From positions 24,180,001 to 24,244,000 of the forward strand of contig NC_045138.2 of assembly GCF_008831285.2 (NCBI RefSeq): DNA of 64,000 bases. The letters are read 5' to 3'. A program made the translations under genes and the position numbers. Positions 40,102 to 53,295 of the stretch are shown one piece after another. The stretch comes from Nymphaea colorata (taxonomy: Eukaryota). The first letter of the stretch is position 1. Each line of letters begins with the position of its first letter. The notes beneath the pieces were generated by a model. It saw only the letters and a list, made by a program, of their open reading frames with translations. It ran no database searches and had not been told where the DNA came from.

Positions 40102-41418
40102 ATGGACAGCTGGATTTCATTCTTCTCACTCTCAGCTCTCCTCCTGGTAAGTGCTCCTATTCATCAACTCCCACAACACTGCAAACACCATGGCTCAAAC
40201 AAGGAGGAATTTCCATTATCAGAAAAAGATTCTCTCAGTATGAATCTAGCAGCATATATGGTGGGTGATGGTTGTTTCTTTTTTTCACCTTCTTACCAGC
40301 TTGTTGAGGCCACAAACAGAAACAGCAGTAGCTCTCTCACTATAAAAGCTTACTGGAATGAGGTCTTCCCCAGCACTCCCATGCCTAATGCCATTCAAGC
40401 TCTCCTACCATCCTCTACAAATATATCAGGTACGCCCTTTCACTCTCTCTCCGAAAAGCGTCGTTCTAGTAATGGTTTGGAGACATTAATGGCTTCCTGG
40501 GCATGTTTATGGTTGCCCTTTTCTTACTTTTCAGTTTTATCTAAGCTATTATTGAGAAATAAAATGTTAAAATTAATTTTTTCTATGCCTTCCCAAATTC
40601 ACGGGATCACAGTAATTGCAGAAAGGCAGGCAGTTCCAACGCTCTCGGAGACCTTCGCGTCTAACCATTTGGGGGTGGGGGGCGCATGCCCCCACACGCA
40701 AACCACTTGGTCAAAGGAGCGCCTACTGGCACCACCAACCAAGGACATAAGCTTGTCGGTCTCATGAGTCGGCCTAGTTGATTGGATCGACCAGCCAATC
40801 AATCGTTTTCTCTTTTTTGTAAAATCTGCCGTATCTTGTGAAATGCATATTCCAAATTCATATAAAAATGACATTTTATTTTGTAACATTTAAGGACCAT
40901 TAGTTGGAACGTTTGAGCCTAAATGGATAACACGATCTCCTTCTCGCTCTCAACCCTCTTCCTAGTAAGTGCTCATTGTTTCTCGTCCATCCCTACGATT
41001 GAGGCACAGTAGAACTTGCGAGTGACGGCCACCCAACCTGCCGGAAACTGAGGCGGTATCTGCCGTCTTTGGCTTTCCCACATCGCCGCACACATGTCCC
41101 AAACGGGGAAGCATGCTTTCCCATAACCATGCACCTCTTTTCGTCACTAATGCGACTTGAATTGCAGAATATATGGTGGATGACGACTGTTTCCCTTTTT
41201 CAATCTTAGCAGCTCGTTGGGGGCCACAAACGATCATAAGTTCTTACTGGAATGAGGTCTTCCGCAGAAACCCCATGGCCAATTCCATTCGAGCTCTCCT
41301 GCCGTCCTCTAGTACTCTATTAGTGGTCCGCTTATTTGATAGTTTTCCAAAAAAAAAAGAAACATTCTTTACTCTTGCCCGTCATGACTAAACTAGTGCA
41401 GGTGAATTGAGACCAGGG

Positions 41419-41456
<38 letters not shown>

Positions 41457-41794
41457 TAGTCAAACAAAACGTGTTACTTTTAAAAAAATGTGATAAATTA
41501 AATGGCAGTTTAAAATTTGAAAAAAAATGCTTTTTTTTAAAAGGTTAAAAATGAAAAAAAGGTTTTAAAACTTTTTTTTTGTGTTTTTCACATTTTTTTA
41601 TTTTTTTAATGCCAAACAGTTTTTTTTATTTTTTATTTATTGCAAATCTACTTATCTTTTGATGTTTCTCACTTATTTTAATTTTCTAATTTTTTAAATT
41701 TTTAAGAAATTTCATATTTTTTCTTTTTTTTGTTTTTTTTACACTCACCGTATTATATTTGAAAAAAACCATTTAAAACACCGAGATGTCATTT

Positions 41795-41834
<40 letters not shown>

Positions 41835-42692
41835 GAAATAAGATTGACCAACTAGCGTTTTTCACTTACAGAATTTGGTTATAGATATGGTGGCCCTTTT
41901 CGCTATCGCTATCGCTGGATTCAGAGGTGGGGTGTGTTGGGTAATGACCACGAACAGTCTAAGCGTAACCACGAACAGTCTAAGCGTAATTGGTCACCGA
42001 ACCTTGCACCTCTGTATTTCTTAAGGGACGACCTGCAGGCTGGTAGCAAGATGAACGTCACCATGATGATCAGCCCGACAATAATAGATGGTTCTAGCGG
42101 TGGTATCAGCATTGAGCCAACCTTCTTGCCACGCCAACAAGCTCAAGCAATTCCCTTCTCCACCTCCAATCTCACTACCATCCTTATGATGTTCTCCATT
42201 CAACCCCACTCTGAGCATGCATCTCTTACAAGCCAAACGCTAGAAGATTGCGAGAGGCCTGCACTTAAAGGAGAAGTTAAGTACTGTGCAACATCTTTGG
42301 AATCCATGATCGATTTCGTTGTTGCAGAACTTGGAAGCCATGAGATTCATTCAGTGGTCACTTCCGTTGTTAACAAAAAGGAGAAAGTGAAGGCCAAGAC
42401 TTACAGGGTAGGTGATGGAGGGGGGAAGGTGATGTCTCCCAAAGTTGTGACATGCCACGACGTGACGTTTCCTTATGCCGTCTTCTACTGCCACAATTTC
42501 CCGGGGACAAGGCCATACATGGTTCCATTGATTGCTGAGGATGGTAGCCAGGTGAATGCCATTGCTTTGTGTCATTTTGATACATCAAAATGGAATCCTG
42601 GCCATGCCAGCTTCCGGTTTCTAGGCGTCAAACCTGGAACCGTTCCCATTTGCCACTTCATTGTAAAAGATCTTGCTTGGGTCCCTAACTAA
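40102..42692 (+). CDS. BURP-domain protein copy 8/9: type A exons 1-2 (40102-40146, 40300-40429) plausibly spliced to type B exon 3 (41872-42692); ~331 aa
   Basis: Intron phases are compatible and the joined frame is open. Variable segment EFGYRYGGPFRYRYRWIQRW; four CH motifs. The native type B exon 2 in between is frameshifted. Confidence 0.65.
40923..41315 (+). pseudogene. Decayed type B exons 1-2 nested in the intron of copy 8/9
   Basis: MDNTISFSLSTLFL|gtaagt (40923-40964); exon 2 from 41213 has +1 and -11 indels giving an early TAA, and a shortened donor region. Confidence 0.75.
41456..41795 (+). mobile_element. AT-rich dispersed repeat, MITE-like (other copies ~655-910 + and ~39265-39600 -)
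   Basis: Shared GCCAAACAGTTTTT...AAATCTACTTATCTTTTGATGTTT...GAGATGTCATTTGTG. Flanked by (TA)n on both sides here; the reverse-complement copy is at 39.3-39.6 kb. Confidence 0.55.
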
Positions 42693-43977
42693 TCTACATT
42701 CTACCTCCTTCCTTCCCAACCTTTCCTTGATCTGCCTGGAGAGCCCTTGAATAATAAAATCCAGGGGAGAATTCCTCTGCCACCCGTTTATGGTTTTGAT
42801 GAATGATTTTCTAGAGTTCATGTAATGGGCCAATTGACCAGGTTGTTTTGTAAATTAGTCACGCTATAATGGTTTCCATACATGCATAGTTTATCTTATT
42901 TTAGACATGAAACGCCAATGAAGATCTGAGAATGGTTTCCATATATGTACCCACGGGAAAATTTAAATTTTCATGAGGTGTGCATTTTTTTTTACCTAAC
43001 TTAAGAAGAAACGGTAGAAATCGACACGTGTCTGCCTAACTCCAGCCGACCAACTCAAGTTCTTATTGAAAGGAACCTCCACTTCCCTACAAATTTGCAA
43101 ACTAGACACCCAACAAAATTGAAAAAATTGCATCTCAAATTTCTTACACCCCAAATTGGTCGATCCCCTAATTTTAATAAGCCTATATGATCTTCATTTA
43201 CATAACTATTCTGTCTTTGAAGCTAGTGGTAAGGGCAAGGGCGGACCGAACCTGATTTACAACATATTAGTACACAAAATTTTCGTGTGTCGATGTGGTT
43301 AAAGACGAAAATACCTCCAGTTCAGAAAAAAAAAAAGTTTTTTGTAAGTTCGAAAATGAAAATAAAAAAAGTAAAAAAGACTAAAATGAACATTCTTTTC
43401 TAAAAAAAATTACAAAAATGTCTCCTTTGTTCTTACAGGACAAACTTTTTATGGGTGTTCTAGGGCCCGAAACATTCACAGTGAAGAATATCTCTGCTAT
43501 CAAGCATGATTAAACAGATTTTTTAGGAGCCTAAGTAAACTGCTAGTCTGTTTATCTCACTTAGAGGATCAGACGGCAAGCAAGCGCGCAAGCGAGATAG
43601 AGAGATTTCACCAAGTAACATAAACCACACGCCGTCTTATTACTAATAAGGATAAGAATAATACAATGCCCAGAAAATCACATGAACTCAAAGATCCATA
43701 TCCCTAGCCTCTCCTAAAAATAATGAAAAATGGAACATGCAAATGGAAACGAAAAATAGGAAGCTCCAATCTAGAAGGACCCAGCAGAAGTGGCACATGA
43801 AATGAGGAAGACGATAGCGAGTGTCATGAGTGAAGGAGCGGAGTTCATGGGCCTCTATTGGTTGGAGGATTAACCGATGCAGATGTCCCTCCAATACCAA
43901 CCAGTAAAGAATGTATATTCAGATCATAAATCAACATATATAGCTCGTTTAATTTTTAGGTCTTCAGCTGGGTTCAA

Positions 43978-44235
43978 GCTTTATATGAACCCAGACCCAA
44001 GTGATCTTAGACCCAGGGTAAATTGGTCTTGATCAACTGGTGTAGCTTTATATGAACCCAGACCCAAGTGAACTTAGACCAGGGTAAATTGGTCTTGATC
44101 AACTGGTGTAGCTTTATATGAACCCAGACCCAAGTGGGCCAGTGCCTGATCTTAGACCCAGGGTGAAGTGGTCTTGATCAACTGGGTCTAGCTTTATATG
44201 AACCCACAGCCAAGTGGGTCAGGACCTGATCTTAC
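43978..44235. repeat. Minisatellite, ~3.5 copies of a 66-80 bp unit
   Basis: GCTTTATATGAACCCAGACCCAAGTG...CTTAGACCCAGGGTAAATTGGTCTTGATCAACTGG starts at 43978, 44045, 44110 and 44191. Confidence 0.9.
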
Positions 44236-44583
44236 ACCAAGATCCTCTTCATTACCTGTTGGTGTGGCTCGTGAACCGTTCGGAGCAGATGGCAAGACCG
44301 AGCTTGGTGGTGCAGTAGTTAGAGTCGAAGGAGAAGCAGTGGAGGAGCCGCCATTGATAGCTGCGAAAAAGAGGGAAAGAGAAAAGTTAATGCTAGAAAT
44401 CTGCAGTTGAGACTTTAAAACAATTGGTGCAAGAAGTGGAAATCCAACAATTTCATCCCACTCGTTTTCACATTGTGGTGAAATGTCCAGTTCATTAGTT
44501 CATTAAGTACCTCTATGGCTGTGGCTATATATATATATATATATATAGCGGGATCTATCAAAAACAGTAGAACTCGACCCCAT
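44194..44583 (-). other. Possible small spliced gene or gene remnant encoding a Ser/Thr/Pro-rich peptide (exons 44583-44511, 44360-44194)
   Basis: Donor AG|GTACTT and strong acceptor TTTTCTCTTTCCCTCTTTTTCGCAG in matching phase; product MGSSSTVFDRSRYIYIYIYSHSHRAINGGSSTASPSTLTTAPPSSVLPSAPNGSRATPTGNEEDLGVRSGPDPLGCGFI*. Confidence 0.35.
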
Positions 44584-46074
44584 TTGCAATTTGCTTGCTG
44601 ACACATATATATGGCTAGCAGTTGCAGAATTAGGAGCACAAGAAGAAAGGAAAGCTTCAGCTTTGGATGCTTTCTGGATAAGCCCTGTAAATTTGCTAGT
44701 GTTAATTCCCTCCTCTCGATGCACCTTTCCGTTTTCCACTCTCTCATCATGGGTCGCCTTCCATATTCTTTTTCACTATTACTGTCTATGTATGGACCAC
44801 GGACAGCAGGAGACTGAATTATCGATGGGGACATGGCGGACTTTGAGATAATTGGTGAACTTGGAGATACTTGGTGTTTGCAAGTGGGTTCACATGTCCC
44901 TGACTCTCATCAATTTCTTCTTCTTGTTACCTAACAGCAGAAGACTCAATTATCGATGGGGACATTGAGATAATTGGTGGACTTGGAGATAATTGGTGTT
45001 CGCAAGTGGGTTCACATGTCCTTGACTCTCATCAATTTCTTATTGCTGTTTTGAGAGAGAGAGAGAGAGAGAGAATCCAAAGGGAAGGCAAATGCCAGCA
45101 GCAATAATTTTGGTCAAAGCTTTTGGTACATTTTGTTATCTAAACTTTTTTTATACATAAAAAGAATGACCAACAAGGGTGTGCGAAGATGGTTGGATTG
45201 TTTTTTTTTTCACATTAAAACTGCTTTCTTTCTTGCTTTCTAAATTCAATGGAGAGAGACACTCTGTACCGACAAGACAATAATATGGTGGTAGAGCTAA
45301 TTAAATGTATCGAGAAGACAATAATGTGGTGGTGGAGATATAGAAAACTCTTTTGTAAGGACAAAATGAAAATAGGTAAAAAGTAAAAAAAACTAGAAAG
45401 AACATTCTTTTTTTTAAATTACAAAAATGTCTCCTCTGTTCTTAAAATCAGATTTAGTTTTTAATAAATATTCTATAGCTAATGCTTATATATTTTGAAA
45501 GTCAGCTGAATTCTACTTAAAATTCAGATTCAAATATTGAATTAAGAATACGAAATTGGATCTCAGATTCATATTTTGATACTACTTTTTTTCATTCAAA
45601 TTTAAACCTGTCTATGTGAACAAAAAAAAAGCAATATAACTGAAAGTAGATCCCATTTGAATCTGATCTGTTAACATCCTCAATCTTCCTAAGCATATGT
45701 TGGGTGCAACATGTTGGTATCCCTTTTCATAGAGACAAAATTAATGCACTAAAAGCAGTCTCCAATTTAAGATCTTTTCTGTACATTAATAGGAATGGAC
45801 AAAAGAAATTGACAAAAGAACAAGTACACATGTAAGATTGAGCTCGTATAGAATGAACAACGATCGAAAGGGCAAAAAAATAATAACCTGAAATGGATCA
45901 CATGCTCTAGGTCCACAAGTAAGCGATAACGCGGTCCATTTCTCATGAATTGGGTCTTCTCGTCAACAAAAGTCCACTCTCCAAATCTTGTCACGACCCT
46001 CAAGTCTCCCTCCCACCTTTATATTTATATTAATGAATTCCAAATAACAGTCTATCTCTGTGGCACCAGAAACG

Positions 46075-49000
46075 ATGGCATCAACCATGAGAACGGAGTC
46101 GCTGCTGCAGCTTTTGTTCTTTCTTTTGAGTATATGTTCACCAAGAAACACGGCTGCTCAGCCGCTAAAGGCAGAAGCAGAAGCGCTTCTCAAGTGGAGA
46201 GACAGTCTCCAAGCTGCCCATCTACTGAATTCTTCTTGGTCGTTCCTCAACTCTAACTATCGCCCCTGCCACTGGGATGGGATAGCATGCGGCGGTGACA
46301 ACACGAGTATCGTCAAGATAAGTCTTCAAAACCATGATCTTCAAGGTACGCTCGACCATTTCGACTTTGCTGCCTTCCCAAGTCTTGCATATTTGGATCT
46401 TAGAGGTAACAATTTTTATGGAAGCATTCCCGATGGTATAGGCAACCTCTCCAAACTTTCCTTCCTTGACCTGTCGGTGAATCAGTTTTCTGGCAGCTTA
46501 CCGGAAAGTATGGCCAATCTTAAGAACCTTGTTTCTATAAACATGTCATTCAACTCGCTCACGGGTCCTCTCCCTACTTCTATTGGACAACTGCCTAGTC
46601 TTGTGAATTTAATCATCAGTGACAACCTTCTGACTGGTGCTATTCCTCAGACGATAGGAGAGCTTAAGAATCTCAACTTCTTGGACCTTGATACGAACTC
46701 ACTTACAGGTTCAATTCCAGCCCAAATTGGAAATTTGTCCAATCTGCACCTTCTGTTCCTTGAGGACAATTTCTTGACTGGCACCATTCCACCTGAACTA
46801 TGGAAGCTTAGTAAGCTCACTCAGTTAGATTTGACATCTAACTTTCTTCCAGGTAGAATCCCTCCTTCGATAGGTAACATGTCTAATCTTTACTTCTTGG
46901 CTTTGAACAATAATAGCCTTTCTGGTTCTCTACCTCCGCAGATGAAAAATTTCACGAGTCTAGGCTTTTTGTACCTTTCACAAAATAATCTCTCTGGTTC
47001 TTTACCATCAGACATATGTAAGGGTGGTAAACTCATCCAATTTGCCGCTTACAACAACCATTTCTCTGGACCAATACCAAAAAGCTTGAGGAATTGTACA
47101 AGCTTGTCTAGACTTAGATTACATGGGAACCAACTTAATGGCAGCATTTCAGAGGCATTTGGATCCTACCCCAACTTGTCCTACATTGACATGAGCAACA
47201 ATCAATTAACAGGAGAGCTCTCACAAAACTGGGGCGGATGCCCTAGACTTGAACACTTGGATTTCTCTAACAACCACATCACTGGCAAGATCCCAAGTTC
47301 GATATCCCAAATGGCACAATTGAAGGAGATAAATATTTCTACCAATTATTTAACAGGAGAGGTTCCAGGAGGAATAGGGGAACTGTCATTCTTGTTGAAG
47401 ATGGACTTGAGCAACAATCAAATTTCAGGGGGCATACCATTTGAGATTGGCAGGTTGACAAAATTGCAAGAACTGGATTTATCATCCAACAACATCCAAG
47501 GACCAATACCTGAAGAGCTTGGGAATTGTGATGAATTGATTCTATTGAAGATGAGCAACAACAGCTTAAGCGGAACAATTCCTTTTCAGATAGGAAACTT
47601 GGCACAATTGCAGATACTACTAGATCTTAGCAATAACATGCTATTGGGGTCGATACCAAGCCAACTTGGGAAGTTAAATCGTCTGGAGAGACTCCGTCTT
47701 TCCCATAACAAGCTTGTGGGTACAATACCATCATCATTGGTCGGAATGAGTAGTTTGACGTCAGTCGATTTGTCCTTTAACAATCTCACGGGGCCTCTTC
47801 CAAACAACCCTGCATTTCTGAATGCTTCAACAGAATCATTCATAGGTAACCTTAACTTATGTGGAGGACATGCCTTGCAGCTATGCAAGCCTCCCTCAGA
47901 GGTAAAAAGTCAAAAAATGATGTCCATTATTATTCCAGTAGTTGCTGTGCTCATTCTTATATTCCTTGTTATTGGAATTTACAAAGTTTGGCCAAAAGCG
48001 ATGCAGAGGCAAGACAAAAGAAGCATTCTTGCCGAAACAAACCATGGAAAGGATCTATTTTCTATATGGAACTATGATGGCAAACTTGCTTATGAAGATA
48101 TTGTCAGTGCTACAGACAATTTCAGTGATGAGTATGTTATTGGTAGAGGAGCACATGGAAGCGTTTACAGAGTTGAACTGCCCACAGGTCAAATTGTGGC
48201 TGTCAAGAAGTTCAACCAAACCGGTAGTGATATGTTAACAGACTTGGGCTTCAGAAATGAGATTAAAGCATTGACAGAAGTCCGCCACAGGAACATAGTC
48301 AAGCTCTATGGATTTTGTAAGCATCCTCAATGCTCATTCTTGGTGTATGAATACATAGAGAGAGGAAGCTTGGCAAGCATACTAAGCAGCAACGAAGCCT
48401 CTGAAAGATTGGACTGGCCAAAAAGGGTGAACATCATAACTGGAGTTGCCGATGCTTTGTCATATATGCATCATGATCACTCAGTTCCAGTAATTCATCG
48501 GGACATCTCTAGCAAGAACATCTTGTTATATCCCGATTTCGATGCATGCATTTCAGACTTTGGAACAGCCAAATTACTGAACCCAGATTCATCAAATTGG
48601 ACTGGCCTTGCAGGGACACACGGCTACATGGCACCAGGTACGCACTAGAATTTTTTGAACATGCAGCGATTTTTGCTTTAAAGTGGCCTTATTCCATTAG
48701 ATCCATCAATAAACTTTGTTTGTTTTTTTGTGGGTGATAACTAAAGATGACTACTTTACTGCAGAGTTGGCATACACCATGAGAGTAACAGAGAAGTGTG
48801 ATGTCTACAGCTTTGGGGTAGTAGCTCTTGAAATTTTGATGGGAAGGCACCCAGGAGAACTATTATCATCTTTGGTTATTCTCACAAGGCAAGAGCTTGA
48901 TGTAAAGCTCAGGGATATGCTGGATCAACGAATACCAGCTCCAGGGGACCAAGAAGCAGAGATGGTGGCTGCTGTAGCCAAGCTTGCAGTCATGTGCATA

Positions 49001-49126
49001 GGCATGAAACCGGAATCACGGCCTACAATGCGCTCTGTTTCTCTGCATCTTTCCTCTCCCAGCAGAAAGCATTATTTGTTCAAAGCCTTACAAGACAATC
49101 ACTCAAACAGATATGATGCATCATGA
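46075..49126 (+). CDS. MIK2-like LRR receptor-like Ser/Thr kinase (exons 46075-48637, 48765-49126; ~974 aa)
   Basis: Signal peptide, C-x-W-x-G-I-x-C cap, ~21 plant LRRs, [17 protein letters not shown] juxtamembrane, [24 protein letters not shown] motifs typical of the MIK2 clade; phase-1 intron in GYMAP|E. Confidence 0.95.
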
Positions 49127-50243
49127 GAATGACCTACACAGCTGTTCAGATGCGGCTTCTTTGTTCAAAACCTCAGTGTACCATTTGAGTAGGCCGGGTA
49201 GCCTCGTCCAGGTGAATGTTGTAAAAAGAGTAATTACACACTCCCAGAATTTTACATCTTCAAAAGTGGGGGGGCATTTGCCTCTCCAAGTAGGTCTTGC
49301 GCTAGAATTAGAGGATTTGCACAAATTGATTGAAATGGCTCGGAAATTGAAGAAAAGATGCTTGTTAATTTCATGATGAGAGGAGTAGTAATGATAAAAA
49401 AATTATCAGTTATGCATATTTTTTCCCAAGTTTTCATGAAGTCGTAATTCATGAAGAAAAGATGCTTGTTAATTTTTCCCAAGTTTTTTGACATGTTTAC
49501 GATACTAAATTAGACAAAAATGGTTGAACAAAATTAAATATTTCAGAATTGAAGTTGCTCGTTTTCACGAACCGTTTTAAGAACGCGACATACCACAGGT
49601 TTGAATCGGACCTCCCGTTAAATAAATCAGAAAAGAAACTTCAACTCTAACTAACAACTGAATTCGATTTGGTTGCATATTCAATTCTAACAAACATCAC
49701 ATTCCAATTAGATGCAAACATTCAAATTCATTGTGCATTTACCAAATCCCGACAAGCAGCATGTGATCAGTTAAATCAAATGATTCAGAACCAATTTTTA
49801 GTTGTCTGCCATTTCTTTCGTGATCATGACCTAAAAATCTGTTGAGCTATAAATTTACATGGTGACATGTTTCTTGAGAGACGCAGAAAGAATATAATTA
49901 ATAGAGTTTACATGGTTCAAGATCGTCCTCTCTAGCCATATGGGCGGCGCATTCCCCCACATGCGGGGCACTTGGTCAAACCTTGTGCTCACGGAAATGG
50001 AAATTGAAGCTCCTACTGGCACCACCAACCCAAGATGTAAGCTCATGAGTCGGCCAAGTTGATTGGATCGACCAGACACAATCAATCGTTTTCTAATTCT
50101 GTAAAATTTGTCGTATCTTTTGAAATACATATTCCAATCATTATAGATTCATATCAAAATGACATTTTAAATTGGATATTTTGTAATATTTAAGGACCAT
50201 TGGCTGGAACCTTTTTGCTATCCAAGATTGCGTTTGAGCCGAA

Positions 50244-51807
50244 ATGGATTACATGATCTCCTTCTTCTCGCTCTCAACCCTCTTCCTGGTAAGTGCTCAT
50301 CGTCTCTCCTCCATTCGAGTAGCGAGCCCTACGCATCAGGCACTGTAAAACTTGCAAGTGCGGGCCACCCTACCAGCCGGGAATTGAGGCGGTGTCTGCA
50401 GTCTTTGGCTTTCCCACATCGCCACACACAAGTCTCGAACCAGGAAGCATTCTTTTCCATAACCAAGCAATCTTTTGGCACAAAGATTGCATTCTTTTCC
50501 ATAACCAAGCAGTCTTTTGGTACAAAGGTTGCCTCCATTAATCCGACTTGAATTGGAGTATACATGGTGAATGACGACTGTTTCCTGTTTTCAATCTCAG
50601 CAGCTCGTTGGGGCCACAAACGATGGCGCTTCTACCATAAGTTCTTATTGGAATGAGGTGTTCCCCATAACCCCCATGCCCAATGCCATTCGAGCTCTCC
50701 TGCCATCCTCTCCAGAGATATCAGGTACTCTATTAGTGGTCCTCTTATCTGTTAGTTTTACATATATATATATATATATATATAGCATTGACTAACTAGT
50801 CTTTTTCCCTGATTTGCTCAGGATTTAGTCGTGGTCTTCACCACTATGACCAAGTGAGACCATCTCCTCGTGGTCAAGCCTGGGTTAGAAGGTGGGGTGT
50901 GTTGGGGCATGACTACGATCAGTCTAAGCGTAATTGGTCACCGAACCTTGCACCCCTGTATTTCTTAAGGGACGACCTGCAGCCCGGTAGCAAGATGAAC
51001 GTCACCATGATGATCAGCCCGACAATAATAGATGGTTCTAGTGGTGGTACCAGCATTGAGCCAACCTTCTTGCCACGCCAACGAGCTCAAGCAGTTCCCT
51101 TCTCGACCTCCAATCTCACTACCATCCTTGAGATGTTCTCCATTCAACCCCACTCTGAGCATGCATCTCTTACAAGGCAAACACTTGAAGATTGCGAGAG
51201 GCTTGCACTTAAAGGAGAAGTTAAGTACTGTGCAACATCTCTGGAATCCATGATCGATTTCGTGGTCGCAAAACTCGGAAGTAGTGAGATTCATGCAGTG
51301 GTCACTTCAGTGGAAGTAGTGAGATTCATGCAGTGGTCACTTCAGTGGTTAACAAAGAGGAGAAAGTGAAGGCCAAGACTTACAGGGTAGGTGATGGAGG
51401 GGGGAAGGTGATGTCTCCAAAAGTTGTGACATGCCACAACATGATGTTTCCCTTTGCCATCTTCTACTGCCACAATTTTCCGGGAGCAAGGCCATACATG
51501 GTTCCATTAATTGCTGACGATGGTAGCCGGGTGAATGCCATTGCTTTGTGTCATTTTGATATGTCAAAACCACAACATGATGTTTCCTTTTGCCGTCTTC
51601 TACTGCCACAATTTTCTGGGAGCAAGGCCATACATGGTTCCATTGATTGCTGACGACGGTAGCCGGGTGAATGCCCTTGCTTTGTGTCATTTTGATACGT
51701 CAAAATGGAATTCTGGCCATGCCAGCTTCCGGTTACTAGGCGTCAAACCTGGAACTGTTCCCATTTGCCAGTTTATTGTAAAAAACCATGCTTGGGTCCC
51801 CAACTAA
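50244..51807 (+). pseudogene. BURP gene copy 10, type B (exons 50244-50288, 50604-50724, 50822-51807), frameshifted
   Basis: A 35-bp tandem duplication (51277-51346) gives a stop at 51369; there is also a 136-bp duplication (51434-51705). Variable segment ...QVRPSPRGQAWVRRW. Confidence 0.88.
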
Positions 51808-53295
51808 TCTATCTGCATGCTACCTCCTTAGTTCCCAACCTTTGCTTGAGAGATTTGGAGAGCCCTTCAATAAAATCCGAGGCAGAATTCCTGTATCACT
51901 GGTTTATGGTTTGGATAGATGATTTTCTAGAGCTCATGGGATGGGCCATGTACCCACTGAGTCCTTCGAGTGCTCCCCTGTTGCAGACACCAGGCAAAAA
52001 ACAGTAGGCACCGGATCACATGGCTTTAATATATTAATATGGCTTTGAGATGAATTATTTTTATCAATATGGCATGAGAAATTGATCGATCCCTAGCTCT
52101 TCCGCAGAGATGTTAGCTTGTTAAGATTCGCTTCGCTTTCCTCCATCCGGAAGACCACATGCTCCACCAGAAGCCAAAAGCGTCTTTCCATTACTCAAGT
52201 CGCCGGTGGAGCGCGTGAAATCCACTCACCATTTTTTTTCCAATCGTAAAAGAGAGTCTGGTCGTGTCCACTGCGCAGTTTCTTTCTGAACAACCATGGG
52301 AAGAAGAAGATTCGCTTTTGGAAAATGAGTAGAATATCAGCCCAACGACACCTCGCGTGACTCCACCTTGCAATTTTGTCAATGTTGGGTATACGTCGTT
52401 TCTTCGTGATTATGCATGTTTATTTTCCTTTTCATGCAACAACGAATCGAAAATCATAATTTTTAAAATTTTCCAACATATTTGTCTTTCTTTTTTTTGG
52501 AATTCGGTAGGATAAACCTTGGCCCTCGGGAGAGTAACAATGCAATCTAAAAGGCTTTCTGGAACCTCTTTAGCATCTTAGTTAGAGATATAAAAAGGTA
52601 CCTAATTAAGAAATCTGGTTAGATTCAGATTTAAGAAATAATTTCCAATCAAATTCAAATTAAAATCAGATTTAGTTTTTAATAAATATTCCATAGCTAA
52701 TGCCTTTATGTTTTGAGTTTCAAATTCGGATTCAAATATTGAATTCAGATTATGAAATTGGATTTCAGATTCAGATTTTGATACTACTTTTTTTCACCCA
52801 AATTTAAACATGGCTATGTGAAGAACCAAAAAAAAAAAAAACCCATATAACTGAAAGTAGATCCCATTTGAATCTGATTTGTTAACATCCTTCAATCTTC
52901 CTAACCACTAATTTGCTGATTCAGTTCCCCAGCTTTTTTTTTTTCTGAAGAAAAAATGAATTTCCTCCTTGGCTGGAAATTTCCAGCTCCAGTCCAAAAT
53001 GTAAAATGGATTGAGTCAGGTCGTCTACCTAACATGGATTGACGCATTGACCCGCCCCAGTCAATCGGTCAGCGGCCATGGAAAATATGCATTTACCTGA
53101 TGGAGTACCTCACTTACCATATCTTATCGCGATATTTTCAGGATATAAACAACACTATGAGCAGCGTCTAGATATAATTATCAGGCGGAAAAAGAAAAGA
53201 AGAAGATATCGGCCCTTATTAGCCCTATAAAATGGAGAGACGATTGCCGCCTTCTCCATGCAGATGATCATTTGAGTTCGAGCCAGCTTACTACA

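Noticed and set aside
40051..40767. 238-aa single-exon ORF
   Set aside because: Read-through of BURP exon 1, an in-frame intron 1, exon 2 and intron 2; not conserved in paralogues.
43978..44235. CRISPR-like repeat array
   Set aside because: Eukaryotic context, no unique spacers, no cas genes; it is a minisatellite.
46060..46074. GTG start (MAPET...) for the RLKs, also at 60516
   Set aside because: Artefact of alternative-start ORF calling; the ATG five codons later precedes the signal peptide.
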